Shown here: in pieces, positions 37,017 through 45,608 of the stretch
How positions within the stretch are numbered: position 1 is the first letter of the stretch
How the letters are laid out: every line of letters starts with the position of its first letter
Assembly: GCA_034434255.1 (NCBI GenBank)
Contig: DAOTZT010000109.1
Coordinates: 1 to 50,445, forward strand
Origin: Anaerolineales bacterium
GTDB taxonomy: Bacteria; Chloroflexota; Anaerolineae; Anaerolineales; Villigracilaceae
Reading direction: 5' to 3'
DNA length: 50,445 bases
Program-made: the position numbers and the translations under genes
The notes under the pieces: generated by a model
Told to the model about the DNA's origin: nothing
Database searches by the model: none
Seen by the model: only the letters and a program-made list of their open reading frames with translations

Positions 37017-37712
37017 ATGCGACTGGAAGACCTCAACTGGATGGATGTCCAGGAATACCTCAAACATGACGACCGTCTTATCCTCATTCTCGGCGCCTGT
37101 GAACAACACGGCTACCTGAGTCTGCTCACCGACATCAAAATTCCTCTTGCTCTGGCCGACGCTGCCTCCCAACAGACCGGTGTGCTGGTGGCTCCCCCCC
37201 TTAATTTCGGTTCCAGCCCTTACTTCCTGGCATATCCGGGCACCATCAGCCTGCGCCTCTCGACCTTGTTGGATGCCATTGAAGACATTGTTCGGTCAGT
37301 ACACCGCCAGGGATTCCGGCGCCTGCTGATTCTGAACGGTCACGGTGGCAACACTGGAGCAAAAGCCCGCCTGACAGAACTGGTCAACGAACTCACCGAC
37401 CTCAAAATCAACTGGTACGAATGGTGGAAGTCTCACAGCATCGAAGCAGTCGCTTTGAAACATGAAATCAAACCAGAGCATGCCAACTGGCTGGAAGCCT
37501 TCCCGTTTACCATCGTCAGCGATCTTCCAGAAGAAGAAAAAATTCCGCCATTTGTCCCATCGGCCATCATGAACGCGGAAACCACGCGCCAGGTCTATGG
37601 TGACGGCTCCTTTGGCGGGAAATACCAGGTAGCCGAGACGATTATGCAAGAAGTATTCGACGCTGCCCTGGCCGATATTTTGCAACTGCTCCAATTCGAC
37701 CAGGGAGAGTGA
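37017..37712 (+). CDS. Creatininase-family amidohydrolase
   Basis: Contains GACEQHGYLSLLTD and LILNGHGGN metal-site motifs. SD AGGAGAAA precedes the start. Confidence 0.82.
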   Translation: MRLEDLNWMDVQEYLKHDDRLILILGACEQHGYLSLLTDIKIPLALADAASQQTGVLVAPPLNFGSSPYFLAYPGTISLRLSTLLDAIEDIVRSVHRQGFRRLLILNGHGGNTGAKARLTELVNELTDLKINWYEWWKSHSIEAVALKHEIKPEHANWLEAFPFTIVSDLPEEEKIPPFVPSAIMNAETTRQVYGDGSFGGKYQVAETIMQEVFDAALADILQLLQFDQGE

Positions 37713-37974
37713 CCGCGAGTATTTCCTGCTGCATTGCATAACGTCGGTTTAAGATCAGCCGAACAAACATCCCGACGCTTGGTTGTGCTGCCAGAATCTT
37801 GCCTGCTCAATCGTCGGCACGTATCGAACAGGCTCTCAGGGCCTGTTCTGCGCTCAGGTTGAAGAATTCGCGCCGTACGCAGGCAGGCTGCAAACTCAAT
37901 TTGACGGTTACGGGTAAAAAAATCTCGGTCAGCATCCCACCACTCCACGTTCCCCGTATCCTCCCCGTCACCCA

Positions 37975-37983
37975 TGCTATAAT
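37975..37983 (+). promoter_or_regulatory. Extended -10 promoter element (TGcTATAAT)
   Basis: TGCTATAAT at 37975-37983, about 90 nt upstream of the coiled-coil gene start. No convincing -35 element. Confidence 0.4.
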
Positions 37984-38071
37984 CCACTACGCTAACCCGC
38001 GCACTCTCTGCTAATTTCTCCTCGTGTTCTCGCAACAAACCGAGGGTAAAAACTTCTTCGGAGGCAACCCG

Positions 38072-39247
38072 ATGGATTTTGAGCAACTCATCAAACGGCT
38101 CGACTGGCTGGATGAAGAACGCCGTAAAGATAAAACTGCAATTGCCACGCTTCAGGAACAAATCAAAAGCCTGGAGGGTGATCTCAATGCCGCCCAAAAG
38201 AAAATCAAAGAACTGCAAACCCAACTCGATCAAGTCAGCACGACCCCAGCCCGCCTGGAACAAATTGAGGCAGCGCTGACCCGACAGCGTACTGACCTGG
38301 TCAAACAAATCGAAGCGATAGACGCCTCGGCCAAAAAAGCCCTGCAGGAGGCCGACAAACGCTATCAGGAACAATTCGCCGCCCTGACAGCCGCTACTGC
38401 CGAAGTTCACCGCTATAAAGAACCGATCGCCGAACTCAAACGTGAACTCAAAACCGTCGCAGCGGAGGAATCTCGCCGCAACAAAGCAATGACCGAGTGG
38501 GAAACCCGTCTGCAAGCCATCTTCACCCTGGCCGAGAACGTCGAACGGACCATCAAAGTCGCCGAAGAAGCCCGCCAGAAAGAGTCGCGCCGCCTGGCCG
38601 ATCTGGCTGGCGACCTGAATGCCGCCCGCAAACGCCTCGACGAAGTGCGTGAGAAGCACGAACTCTTCACCGACGACCTGCGCCGCCTCGAAACCCGCAT
38701 CAACGAACTGCTGACCAGTGAAACCGAGCGACGGCAGGCACAAATGAACTTCATCGAAACCCAATCCCGCATCCAGGTCGAACGAGACCGCGAATGGAAA
38801 CTCTGGCAGGAAAGTTTGCAGACCAGCCAGAAACAGATCCAAAGCATCGAAAACATCCCCCAGGAATGGGAAATCGCCCAGCGGGCCGTTAAGCGCACTC
38901 AGGAAGCCTATGAAGAAATGGTCCAAAAATTCGAGCGCCGCATCAACGAAATTTCCGAAATGCAGCGTCTGGCCGAAGACCGTTTCCGCCAGGAATGGGT
39001 CACCTTCAAAGCCGACAACCAAAAACGCTGGACCTCCTACACCCTCACCCAGGACGAAGCCCGCAAAGACTTGCAGGCCAGCGTGGAAAAGATTCGCGCC
39101 CAAATTGCCGCCATCGAAGACCAGGTACAGACCCAGCAAGACATCTTCCAGCAAACACAAGAAGCCAACGAGCAACTCTTACAAGGCATGCTGGCCCAAA
39201 TCCATGAAGTGCTGTCGGCCTACGAGCGAATCGTCTCGACCAGGTAA
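38072..39247 (+). CDS. Coiled-coil protein of unknown function
   Basis: 391 aa, Glu/Gln/Arg/Lys-rich with heptad character throughout. ATG 38072 lies 8 nt after GGAGG. Confidence 0.7.
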   Translation: MDFEQLIKRLDWLDEERRKDKTAIATLQEQIKSLEGDLNAAQKKIKELQTQLDQVSTTPARLEQIEAALTRQRTDLVKQIEAIDASAKKALQEADKRYQEQFAALTAATAEVHRYKEPIAELKRELKTVAAEESRRNKAMTEWETRLQAIFTLAENVERTIKVAEEARQKESRRLADLAGDLNAARKRLDEVREKHELFTDDLRRLETRINELLTSETERRQAQMNFIETQSRIQVERDREWKLWQESLQTSQKQIQSIENIPQEWEIAQRAVKRTQEAYEEMVQKFERRINEISEMQRLAEDRFRQEWVTFKADNQKRWTSYTLTQDEARKDLQASVEKIRAQIAAIEDQVQTQQDIFQQTQEANEQLLQGMLAQIHEVLSAYERIVSTR

Positions 39248-39285
39248 TCACTTCCGACCTGCCATCTTCCTCCTCGCGAGAAACT

Positions 39286-41157
39286 ATGCACGTCATCGGC
39301 ACCGCCGGCCACGTAGATCACGGCAAAACTACCCTCATTACCGCCCTGACCGGCATTAACCCCGATCGGCTCAAAGAAGAACAGCAACGCCAGATGACCA
39401 TTGACCTGGGCTTTGCCTGGCTCACCCTGCCAGGCGGAGAGGAAGTCGGCATCGTGGACGTTCCCGGCCATCGCGACTTCATCGAGAACATGCTGGCCGG
39501 CGTGGGCGGGATTGACGCCGCCCTGCTGGTCATCGCCGCCGACGAGGGCGTCATGCCACAAACCCGCGAACACCTCGCCATTCTCGATCTCCTTCAAATC
39601 CCCGCCGGCGTGGTTGCCATCACAAAAATTGACCTGATAGACGAGCCTGAATGGCTCGACCTGCTCGAGGCAGACATCCGCGCCATCCTGCGCGGAACCG
39701 CTCTGCAAGACGCGCCCATCGTCCGCGTTTCTGCTCAGACCCGCGCCGGTTTCCCCGCCCTGTTACAGACCCTCAGCCTGATCCTGCAAAACCGGCCTCC
39801 CCGCCCCGATCTCGGTCGCCCGCGCCTGCCAATAGACCGCGTCTTCACCATGCCTGGGTTTGGCACCGTCGTCACCGGCACCCTGACCGACGGCAGTCTG
39901 CGCCTCGGCGACGAGGTAGAAATCCTGCCTGCTGGCCTGCGGGGACGCATTCGCGGCCTGCAAACCCACCGCCGCAAAGAAGACATCTCCACCCCCGGCT
40001 CGCGCACCGCCGTCAACCTGAGCGGGGTGGAGACCGGGCAAATCCGGCGGGGAGACGTGCTCGCCCACCCTGGCCGGTACCAGCCCACCCGTCGGCTCGA
40101 CGTCCATTTCCGTCTCCTGGCTGACGCCTCCCCCCTCCAGCATCACACCGAGGTCAAACTCTTCCTCGGCACCGCTGAAACCATTGCCAACGTTCGCTTG
40201 CTGGCAAAAGAAATCCTCCAGCCCGGCGAAACCGGCTGGCTGCAACTCGACCTGCGCGCCCCGCTCGTTGCCGTCCGCGGAGACCGATTCATCCTGCGCC
40301 GCCCCTCCCCCGCAGAAACGCTCGGCGGCGGCGTGGTGGTGGACGCTCATCCCCGGAACCGGCACAAACGATTCGATGCCTCTGTCCTTCAGTCGCTGCA
40401 GGCGCTGGCCAAAGGTTCCCCGGCGGACGTGCTGATGGAGGCGGCCCAGGCCCTCGGTCCGGCCACGTGGGCAGACCTGTTCGCCCGTTCCCGGCTGGAA
40501 GAGTCGCGGGCGCGTTCTGCCCTGCAAGAATTGCTCCAGACCGGTCAACTCATTCAACTGGAAGAATTCTTCCTCAGCGCCAGTCACTGGCAAACGCTCC
40601 TCGGAAATGCTCAGGCTGCCCTCGCCGCCTACCACCGCGCCTACCCGTTGCGACGCGGCATGCCGCGCGAAGAATTGCGCTCGAAATTGAAACTATCGGC
40701 GCGCCTGTTCAACCTGGCTGTCGCCCGTCTGCTGGAGCAGGGCACCGTGGTCGCTCCATCTGCTGCCCCCCTGCTCGCCCTGCCAGAGCACCGCGTCCGT
40801 TTCTCGCCAGAGCAAGAAACCTCCGTGCAAAATTTGATGAAACAATTTGCCGACGCGCCGTTCGCTCCCCCCTCGGTCAAAGAATGTCAGGCGGCAGTCG
40901 GTGAAGAGGTCTTTGCCGCCCTGCTCGACAGCGAAAACCTGATTCAGGTCTCGGCAGAGGTGGTCTTCCGGCGCGAAGATTACGAGGAAATGGTGCGGCA
41001 GGTGCGCCAGGCCATTCGCCAAAAGGGCGCCGTCACCCTGGCCGAAGTGCGCGACCTGCTCGGCACCAGCCGCAAATACGTCCAGGCCCTGCTGGAATAT
41101 CTCGACACCACCGGCATCACCGTGCGCGTGGGCGATGCACGGCAATTGAAGTCGTGA
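39286..41157 (+). CDS. selB: Selenocysteine-specific translation elongation factor SelB
   Basis: G domain AGHVDHGKTTL, DVPGH and TKIDL, followed by EF-Tu-like domains II/III and a long C-terminal winged-helix region. 623 aa. Confidence 0.9.
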   Translation: MHVIGTAGHVDHGKTTLITALTGINPDRLKEEQQRQMTIDLGFAWLTLPGGEEVGIVDVPGHRDFIENMLAGVGGIDAALLVIAADEGVMPQTREHLAILDLLQIPAGVVAITKIDLIDEPEWLDLLEADIRAILRGTALQDAPIVRVSAQTRAGFPALLQTLSLILQNRPPRPDLGRPRLPIDRVFTMPGFGTVVTGTLTDGSLRLGDEVEILPAGLRGRIRGLQTHRRKEDISTPGSRTAVNLSGVETGQIRRGDVLAHPGRYQPTRRLDVHFRLLADASPLQHHTEVKLFLGTAETIANVRLLAKEILQPGETGWLQLDLRAPLVAVRGDRFILRRPSPAETLGGGVVVDAHPRNRHKRFDASVLQSLQALAKGSPADVLMEAAQALGPATWADLFARSRLEESRARSALQELLQTGQLIQLEEFFLSASHWQTLLGNAQAALAAYHRAYPLRRGMPREELRSKLKLSARLFNLAVARLLEQGTVVAPSAAPLLALPEHRVRFSPEQETSVQNLMKQFADAPFAPPSVKECQAAVGEEVFAALLDSENLIQVSAEVVFRREDYEEMVRQVRQAIRQKGAVTLAEVRDLLGTSRKYVQALLEYLDTTGITVRVGDARQLKS

Positions 41158-41266
41158 CTTTCGGGTGCGGGTAATCTCTCCGCTTCTTCAGCAGACGCAA
41201 ACTGCAAATCCCTTCGTGCAATTTGTGTCATTGGTAGCAAAACTTTCCTGTTTCTCACGATCTGTC

Positions 41267-42538
41267 ATGACTATTCAAAAACTCCGTCTCGCCCAACATT
41301 TCCCTGCCCTCGCCTCGCGCGACTTTTTCATTTTCTGGATTGGTCTGTTTCTCTCGCTCATCGGCACCTGGATGCAGAACACCACCCTGCCCTATCTGGC
41401 CTATCGCCTGAGTGGCCGGCCTCTCGATCTGGGCATCATCGGCTTTTCCTCCACCCTGCCCACCCTGCTCCTGGCCTTGCCGGGGGGCGTCCTGATCGAA
41501 CGGCTGGATAAGCGCAAGACTGTCATTGCCCTGCAGGCCGTGATGATGCTTCAGGCTTTTGCGCTGGCCGTGCTCACATTTACCAACCTGATTCAAATCT
41601 GGCACATTGTGGTCCTGTCCTTTATCCTGGGCAGCGCCAATGCCATCGAAATCACTGCCCGCCAGTCCATGCTGGTAGAAATGGTGGGAAAACAAGCCTT
41701 GCCCAACGCCATTGCGTTGCAAGCCACCGTGTTCAACCTGGCGCGCGTCCTGGGCCCCTCCCTCACCGCAATTGTCCTCTTGCTGGTCCAAAACCAGGGC
41801 GAGGGATGGGCATTTTTCATCAATGGGATGAGTTTTCTCTTCGTCATCGTGGGGTTGTTCTTTGTTCGCACTCCTTACCGGGTGGTTGCGGAAACGCAAA
41901 CAGAAAAGCGCTCTCTCAAAAGCGATTTTCACGAAGGCATCCGTTACATTCGCAGCAACGCCCTGGTGACGGCAGTCCTCTTGCTGGCCACGTTAATCGG
42001 CTTCTTCGGCTTCCCCTTCGTGCAACAAATCCCGGCGCTGGCGCGCGATGTGCTGGCCACTGCCAACGACACCGAAGCCATCATCAAAGCGCGCACCAGC
42101 AGCCTTTACCTGGCGCAAGGGATGGGGGCACTGGCTGCCGCTCTCTTCCTTTCCAGTTTCAGCCAGATGCGCCGCAAGGGATTGTTTCTCACGATTGGAC
42201 AATTTTTGTTCTCCACGGCCTTGATTACCGCTTCGTTTATGCGCAGCCTGCAAGCCGTCTTCCCCATCATCATTCTCCTCGGCTGGGGATTAGTCTCACA
42301 ACTGGCAACCATGAACACCCTGATCCAGGTCGAAGTGCCCGACACGCTGCGCGGGCGCGTCTTTAGCGTTTACCTGTGGGCGGTGCAGGGAGTGGCACCG
42401 TTTGGGAGCCTCTTCATCGGTTGGTTGGCGCAGACGCGCGACGTACCGACTGCCGCGCTTGTCGCAGGGGCGATTTGCCTGCTCACCGCCCTGGCCATTC
42501 ACCTGAAATACCCCGTCGTCCGTCAAAAAATCGTCTAA
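41267..42538 (+). CDS. MFS transporter
   Basis: About 12 TM helices with RDFFIFWIGLFLSLIGTWMQ and LPGGVLIERLDKRK (an Entero-/DUF894-type MFS). ATG 41267 was chosen. Confidence 0.85.
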   Translation: MTIQKLRLAQHFPALASRDFFIFWIGLFLSLIGTWMQNTTLPYLAYRLSGRPLDLGIIGFSSTLPTLLLALPGGVLIERLDKRKTVIALQAVMMLQAFALAVLTFTNLIQIWHIVVLSFILGSANAIEITARQSMLVEMVGKQALPNAIALQATVFNLARVLGPSLTAIVLLLVQNQGEGWAFFINGMSFLFVIVGLFFVRTPYRVVAETQTEKRSLKSDFHEGIRYIRSNALVTAVLLLATLIGFFGFPFVQQIPALARDVLATANDTEAIIKARTSSLYLAQGMGALAAALFLSSFSQMRRKGLFLTIGQFLFSTALITASFMRSLQAVFPIIILLGWGLVSQLATMNTLIQVEVPDTLRGRVFSVYLWAVQGVAPFGSLFIGWLAQTRDVPTAALVAGAICLLTALAIHLKYPVVRQKIV

Positions 42539-42557
42539 CCAGACCTTAATGCTCCGC

Positions 42558-42586
42558 TTGACGGTCGTTTTTGGGCATGTTATGAT
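42558..42586 (+). promoter_or_regulatory. sigma70-like promoter placing the TSS at the M23 peptidase start codon
   Basis: TTGACG (42558-42563), 17 nt, TATGAT (42581-42586). ATG 42594 is 7 nt downstream and has no SD. Confidence 0.5.
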
Positions 42587-42593
42587 GACAGCC

Positions 42594-43793
42594 ATGGATA
42601 AACGTCCCCAAGAACAATTTTCATCTCCCGAACAACCGCACGACTCTGATGGCAGTTTGTTTCATCGTATCTTGAACAGTCTGGCACGTTTTGGCCTTGG
42701 AGAAACTGCCCTTCGATTGGGGACAAACATCATCGCTGTTCTGGCCATTGCAGGCGTCGTCGCCCTCATGCAATTCATTTACCGCGAACCGGTCGAGACA
42801 GCGACATCGAACCTGTCCCCGACGACAGAAGTGAGCCTGTCTGCCAGTGTTTCCCTGCCCCCAATCGAACCGGTTGCTGCCTCCCTGAATGGCATTCCCC
42901 GTCAGGCAGACCCCCACACCACCATCCCAAGCCGTCCCCGCATTGATGTCATCAAATATACCGTTCAACCGGGTGATACCGTCTTTGGGATTGCGGAGAA
43001 ATTCGGGCTAAAACCAAGCACCATCCTGTTTGCCAACTACGAGACACTGAAAGACACCCCGCACAGCCTGCGGCCCGGCCAGGAACTCAACATTTTGCCG
43101 GTGGACGGAGCCTACTACCAGTGGATCGGCGGCGGTGCCGAAACCTTGACCGGCGTAGCCAGATTCTACGGAGTCCAGCCGGAAGATATTATCAACTTCC
43201 CAGGCAATCACCTCGACCCAGACACCATCGGCGATCTTGAGAATCCGAACATCCCCCCAGGCACCTGGCTGGTCATTCCCGGGGGGACGCGCGAATTCAC
43301 ATCCTGGAGCGCGCCGATCGGCGCCACCCGCAGCAGCCCAGCCACCACCCGCGTCCTCGGTCCCGGCTCGTGTGGAGCCGTGAATGGCGGGCAAATCGGC
43401 TTCGGAACGTTCATCTGGCCTACGCCCAAGCATTACATTTCGGGTACGCCTTTCCGCCCAGACATCAACCACCCGGCCATTGACATTGGCGGTTCTCTTG
43501 GGGACGCAGTCGTGGCCATTGACGCTGGAGTTGTCGTCTATGCCGGCTGGAACGATTGGGGCTATGGCAACCTGGTTGTGATTGACCACGGCGAGACGCC
43601 GACCGGTTCCTGGCAATCGCTCTACGCCCATCTCAATTCTGTCAACGTGGTTTGTGGACAAAATGTAGGCCAGGGTGAATTGATTGGCCTCCTGGGAAGC
43701 ACAGGAAACTCCACCGGTCCGCACCTGCACCTGGAGTTAATGAATTCTGTTTACGGCAAAGTTGACCCTCTCAATTTCTTACCACCGCCCTAA
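42594..43793 (+). CDS. LysM-domain M23-family metallopeptidase
   Basis: TM anchor, LysM domain YTVQPGDTVFGIAEKFG, and M23 motifs HPAIDIG and GSTGNSTGPHLHLEL. The start was chosen from promoter geometry; ATG 42549 and 42582 are possible. Confidence 0.85.
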   Translation: MDKRPQEQFSSPEQPHDSDGSLFHRILNSLARFGLGETALRLGTNIIAVLAIAGVVALMQFIYREPVETATSNLSPTTEVSLSASVSLPPIEPVAASLNGIPRQADPHTTIPSRPRIDVIKYTVQPGDTVFGIAEKFGLKPSTILFANYETLKDTPHSLRPGQELNILPVDGAYYQWIGGGAETLTGVARFYGVQPEDIINFPGNHLDPDTIGDLENPNIPPGTWLVIPGGTREFTSWSAPIGATRSSPATTRVLGPGSCGAVNGGQIGFGTFIWPTPKHYISGTPFRPDINHPAIDIGGSLGDAVVAIDAGVVVYAGWNDWGYGNLVVIDHGETPTGSWQSLYAHLNSVNVVCGQNVGQGELIGLLGSTGNSTGPHLHLELMNSVYGKVDPLNFLPPP

Positions 43794-43797
43794 ACTA

Positions 43798-43826
43798 TTG
43801 TCAAAGCAGCAAACCTCGGCTATAAT
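43798..43826 (+). promoter_or_regulatory. sigma70-like promoter of tRNA-Val
   Basis: TTGTCA (43798-43803), 17 nt, TATAAT (43821-43826). The tRNA 5' end lies 18 nt downstream. Confidence 0.6.
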
Positions 43827-43843
43827 CCCGTCGCTTTGTGAAC

Positions 43844-43920
43844 GGGCGCGTAGCTCAGTCGGTTAGAGCGCATCACTCACATTGATGAGGTCGGGGGTTC
43901 GAGCCCCTCCGCGCCCACCA
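43844..43920 (+). tRNA. tRNA-Val (anticodon CAC), CCA encoded
   Basis: Cloverleaf folded by hand: acceptor GGGCGCG/CGCGCCC, D arm GCTC...GAGC, anticodon stem CATCA/TGATG with loop CTCACAT, T arm GGGGG-TTCGAGC-CCCTC, and discriminator A followed by CCA. Confidence 0.9.
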
Positions 43921-43921
43921 G

Positions 43922-43946
43922 GGTCACCCATTGGGTGACCTTTTTT
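43922..43946 (+). terminator. Rho-independent terminator after tRNA-Val
   Basis: GGTCACCC / GGGTGACC stem, loop ATT, then TTTTTT. Confidence 0.8.
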
Positions 43947-43992
43947 GTCCCTTCACCCTCTCTGCCATTTTCTGCTCTTCAGGAGAAACGCC

Positions 43993-44613
43993 ATGCACAC
44001 GTGGTTCAAGAAACGGCAAAACATTTTTATCCGCCTGATCCACGACCAGGCCCTGCTCACCCTGGAAGGTCTGGAAGCCCTGCTGACTTACATGGAAACC
44101 CAGGACCCGCAGGCTGCCAAGACGCTCAAGGCAAAAGAGAAAGAAGCGGATGAAGCGCGGCGGATTCTGATTGACGAACTTAATCGCACGTTCGTGACCC
44201 CCTTTGATCGCGAAGACATCTTCACCCTCTCGCGCACCATTGACGATGTCATTGACTATGCCTATAGCACAGTGAGCGAAATGGAGTTATTTCAAGTCGA
44301 GGTAACTTCCTACATGAAGCGCATCGCCTCCTTGCTGCGAGATGCCAGTTACGAGTTACTGCTGGCCGTTGAGCGCCTCGAGCGTAACCCCAACGTGGCC
44401 GCTGATCACGCCCAACGCGCCAAATCGCTTGAAAACCGCGTCGAAGATGTCTATCGCGAGGCGCTGGCTGAGTTATTCCAGGGCGCGCACGACATCGAAC
44501 ACGTCATCACCATCCTGAAATTGCGCGAGGTCTACCGTCACCTCAGCAATGCTGCCGACCGGGGAGATGAGGCCGCCAACGTTATTGCCGACATTGTCGT
44601 CAAAATTGCATAG
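43993..44613 (+). CDS. DUF47-family protein (PhoU-like phosphate transport regulator, YkaA-type)
   Basis: 206 aa helical protein paired with the PiT gene. ATG 43993 follows AGGAGAAA. Confidence 0.85.
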   Translation: MHTWFKKRQNIFIRLIHDQALLTLEGLEALLTYMETQDPQAAKTLKAKEKEADEARRILIDELNRTFVTPFDREDIFTLSRTIDDVIDYAYSTVSEMELFQVEVTSYMKRIASLLRDASYELLLAVERLERNPNVAADHAQRAKSLENRVEDVYREALAELFQGAHDIEHVITILKLREVYRHLSNAADRGDEAANVIADIVVKIA

Positions 44614-44627
44614 AGAGCGTTGTTGTC

Positions 44628-45605
44628 ATGGCAACTTCTACGATTCTGGTCATCGCGCTGGCTACTGTATTTGATTTCTTGAACGGTGTTCACGACTCGA
44701 GTAACATTGTCGCCACCATAATTTCCTCGCGGGCGCTCCCCCCTCGCGTAGCGCTCTGGATCACCGCCCTGGCAGAGTTCATCGGCCCGTTTGTGTTTGG
44801 CGTCGCCGTTGCCAAAACCATTGGCGACGAGATCGTCGTAGCAAACACCATCAACTCAAATGTGCTCATCGCGGCTCTGCTCAGCGCTATTCTCTGGAAC
44901 ATTTTGACGTGGGTGTTGGGCTTGCCCAGCAGTTCTTCCCATGCTCTCGTCGGGGGCATTCTGGGGGCCGTCATGATGGGCGCGGGCTGGCAAGCAATCA
45001 AAATAGATGGAATCGAAAAAATCCTCCTGGCCCTGTTTACATCGCCTCTGATTGGTTTTGTCGTTGGCTACCTGCTGTTACGAATTGTCCTGCTCCTCAG
45101 TTGGAAAGCCACGCCACGCATCAATACCTTCTTTCGTCGTGTCCAGGTCCTGACAGCCCTTTCCCTCGCTCTCAGTCATGGCACAAATGACGCCCAAAAA
45201 ACGATGGGCATCATCACGCTGGCGCTTGTCACCAGCGGCTACCTGGACTCGTTCAACATCCCTTCATGGGTGATTTTGCTCTGTGCAAGCATCATCGCCC
45301 TGGGAACCGCCACAGGCGGTTGGAAACTGATCAAAACCCTCGGAGGAAAATTCTTCAAGATTCGACCGGTAGACGGTTTTACTTCCCAACTTGCTGCGGC
45401 CAGCGTGATTCTGAGCGCCTCCATCCTCGGCGGACCGGTGAGCACCACCCAGGTCGTCAGTTCCGCCATCATGGGCGTTGGAGCCGCAGACCGCTTCAAT
45501 AAAGTTCGCTGGATGGTCGCCCAGGAAATCGCCCTGGCGTGGATTTTCACGATTCCGGCCACAGCCTCGCTCGCCGCCGGCCTCTACTGGCTCATCCAGA
45601 GATAA
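44628..45605 (+). CDS. Inorganic phosphate transporter, PiT family
   Basis: Contains FLNGVHDSSNIVAT and LSHGTNDAQKTMGII, the duplicated PiT signature. Confidence 0.9.
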   Translation: MATSTILVIALATVFDFLNGVHDSSNIVATIISSRALPPRVALWITALAEFIGPFVFGVAVAKTIGDEIVVANTINSNVLIAALLSAILWNILTWVLGLPSSSSHALVGGILGAVMMGAGWQAIKIDGIEKILLALFTSPLIGFVVGYLLLRIVLLLSWKATPRINTFFRRVQVLTALSLALSHGTNDAQKTMGIITLALVTSGYLDSFNIPSWVILLCASIIALGTATGGWKLIKTLGGKFFKIRPVDGFTSQLAAASVILSASILGGPVSTTQVVSSAIMGVGAADRFNKVRWMVAQEIALAWIFTIPATASLAAGLYWLIQR

Positions 45606-45608
45606 ATC

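Noticed and set aside
37713-38071. Search for tRNA-Sec (selC) or another RNA gene in the 359-bp gap upstream of the coiled-coil/selB genes. A TTCAA string and the hairpin GAACAGGC-TCTCAGG-GCCTGTTC (37826-37848) looked suggestive.
   Set aside because: No anticodon stem flanks the TCA, and no 8-bp acceptor stem or T-arm (GTTCRANYC) can be drawn on either strand. I treat the gap as a promoter/leader region.
37595-39175. 526-aa minus-strand ORF, the longest unexplained ORF in the track.
   Set aside because: It is antisense to the coiled-coil gene. Its product is low-complexity (Gly/Phe/Leu/Val-rich mirror codons of Glu/Lys/Gln repeats), it has no SD or family motifs, and it overlaps the creatininase gene 3' end. 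It is a shadow ORF.
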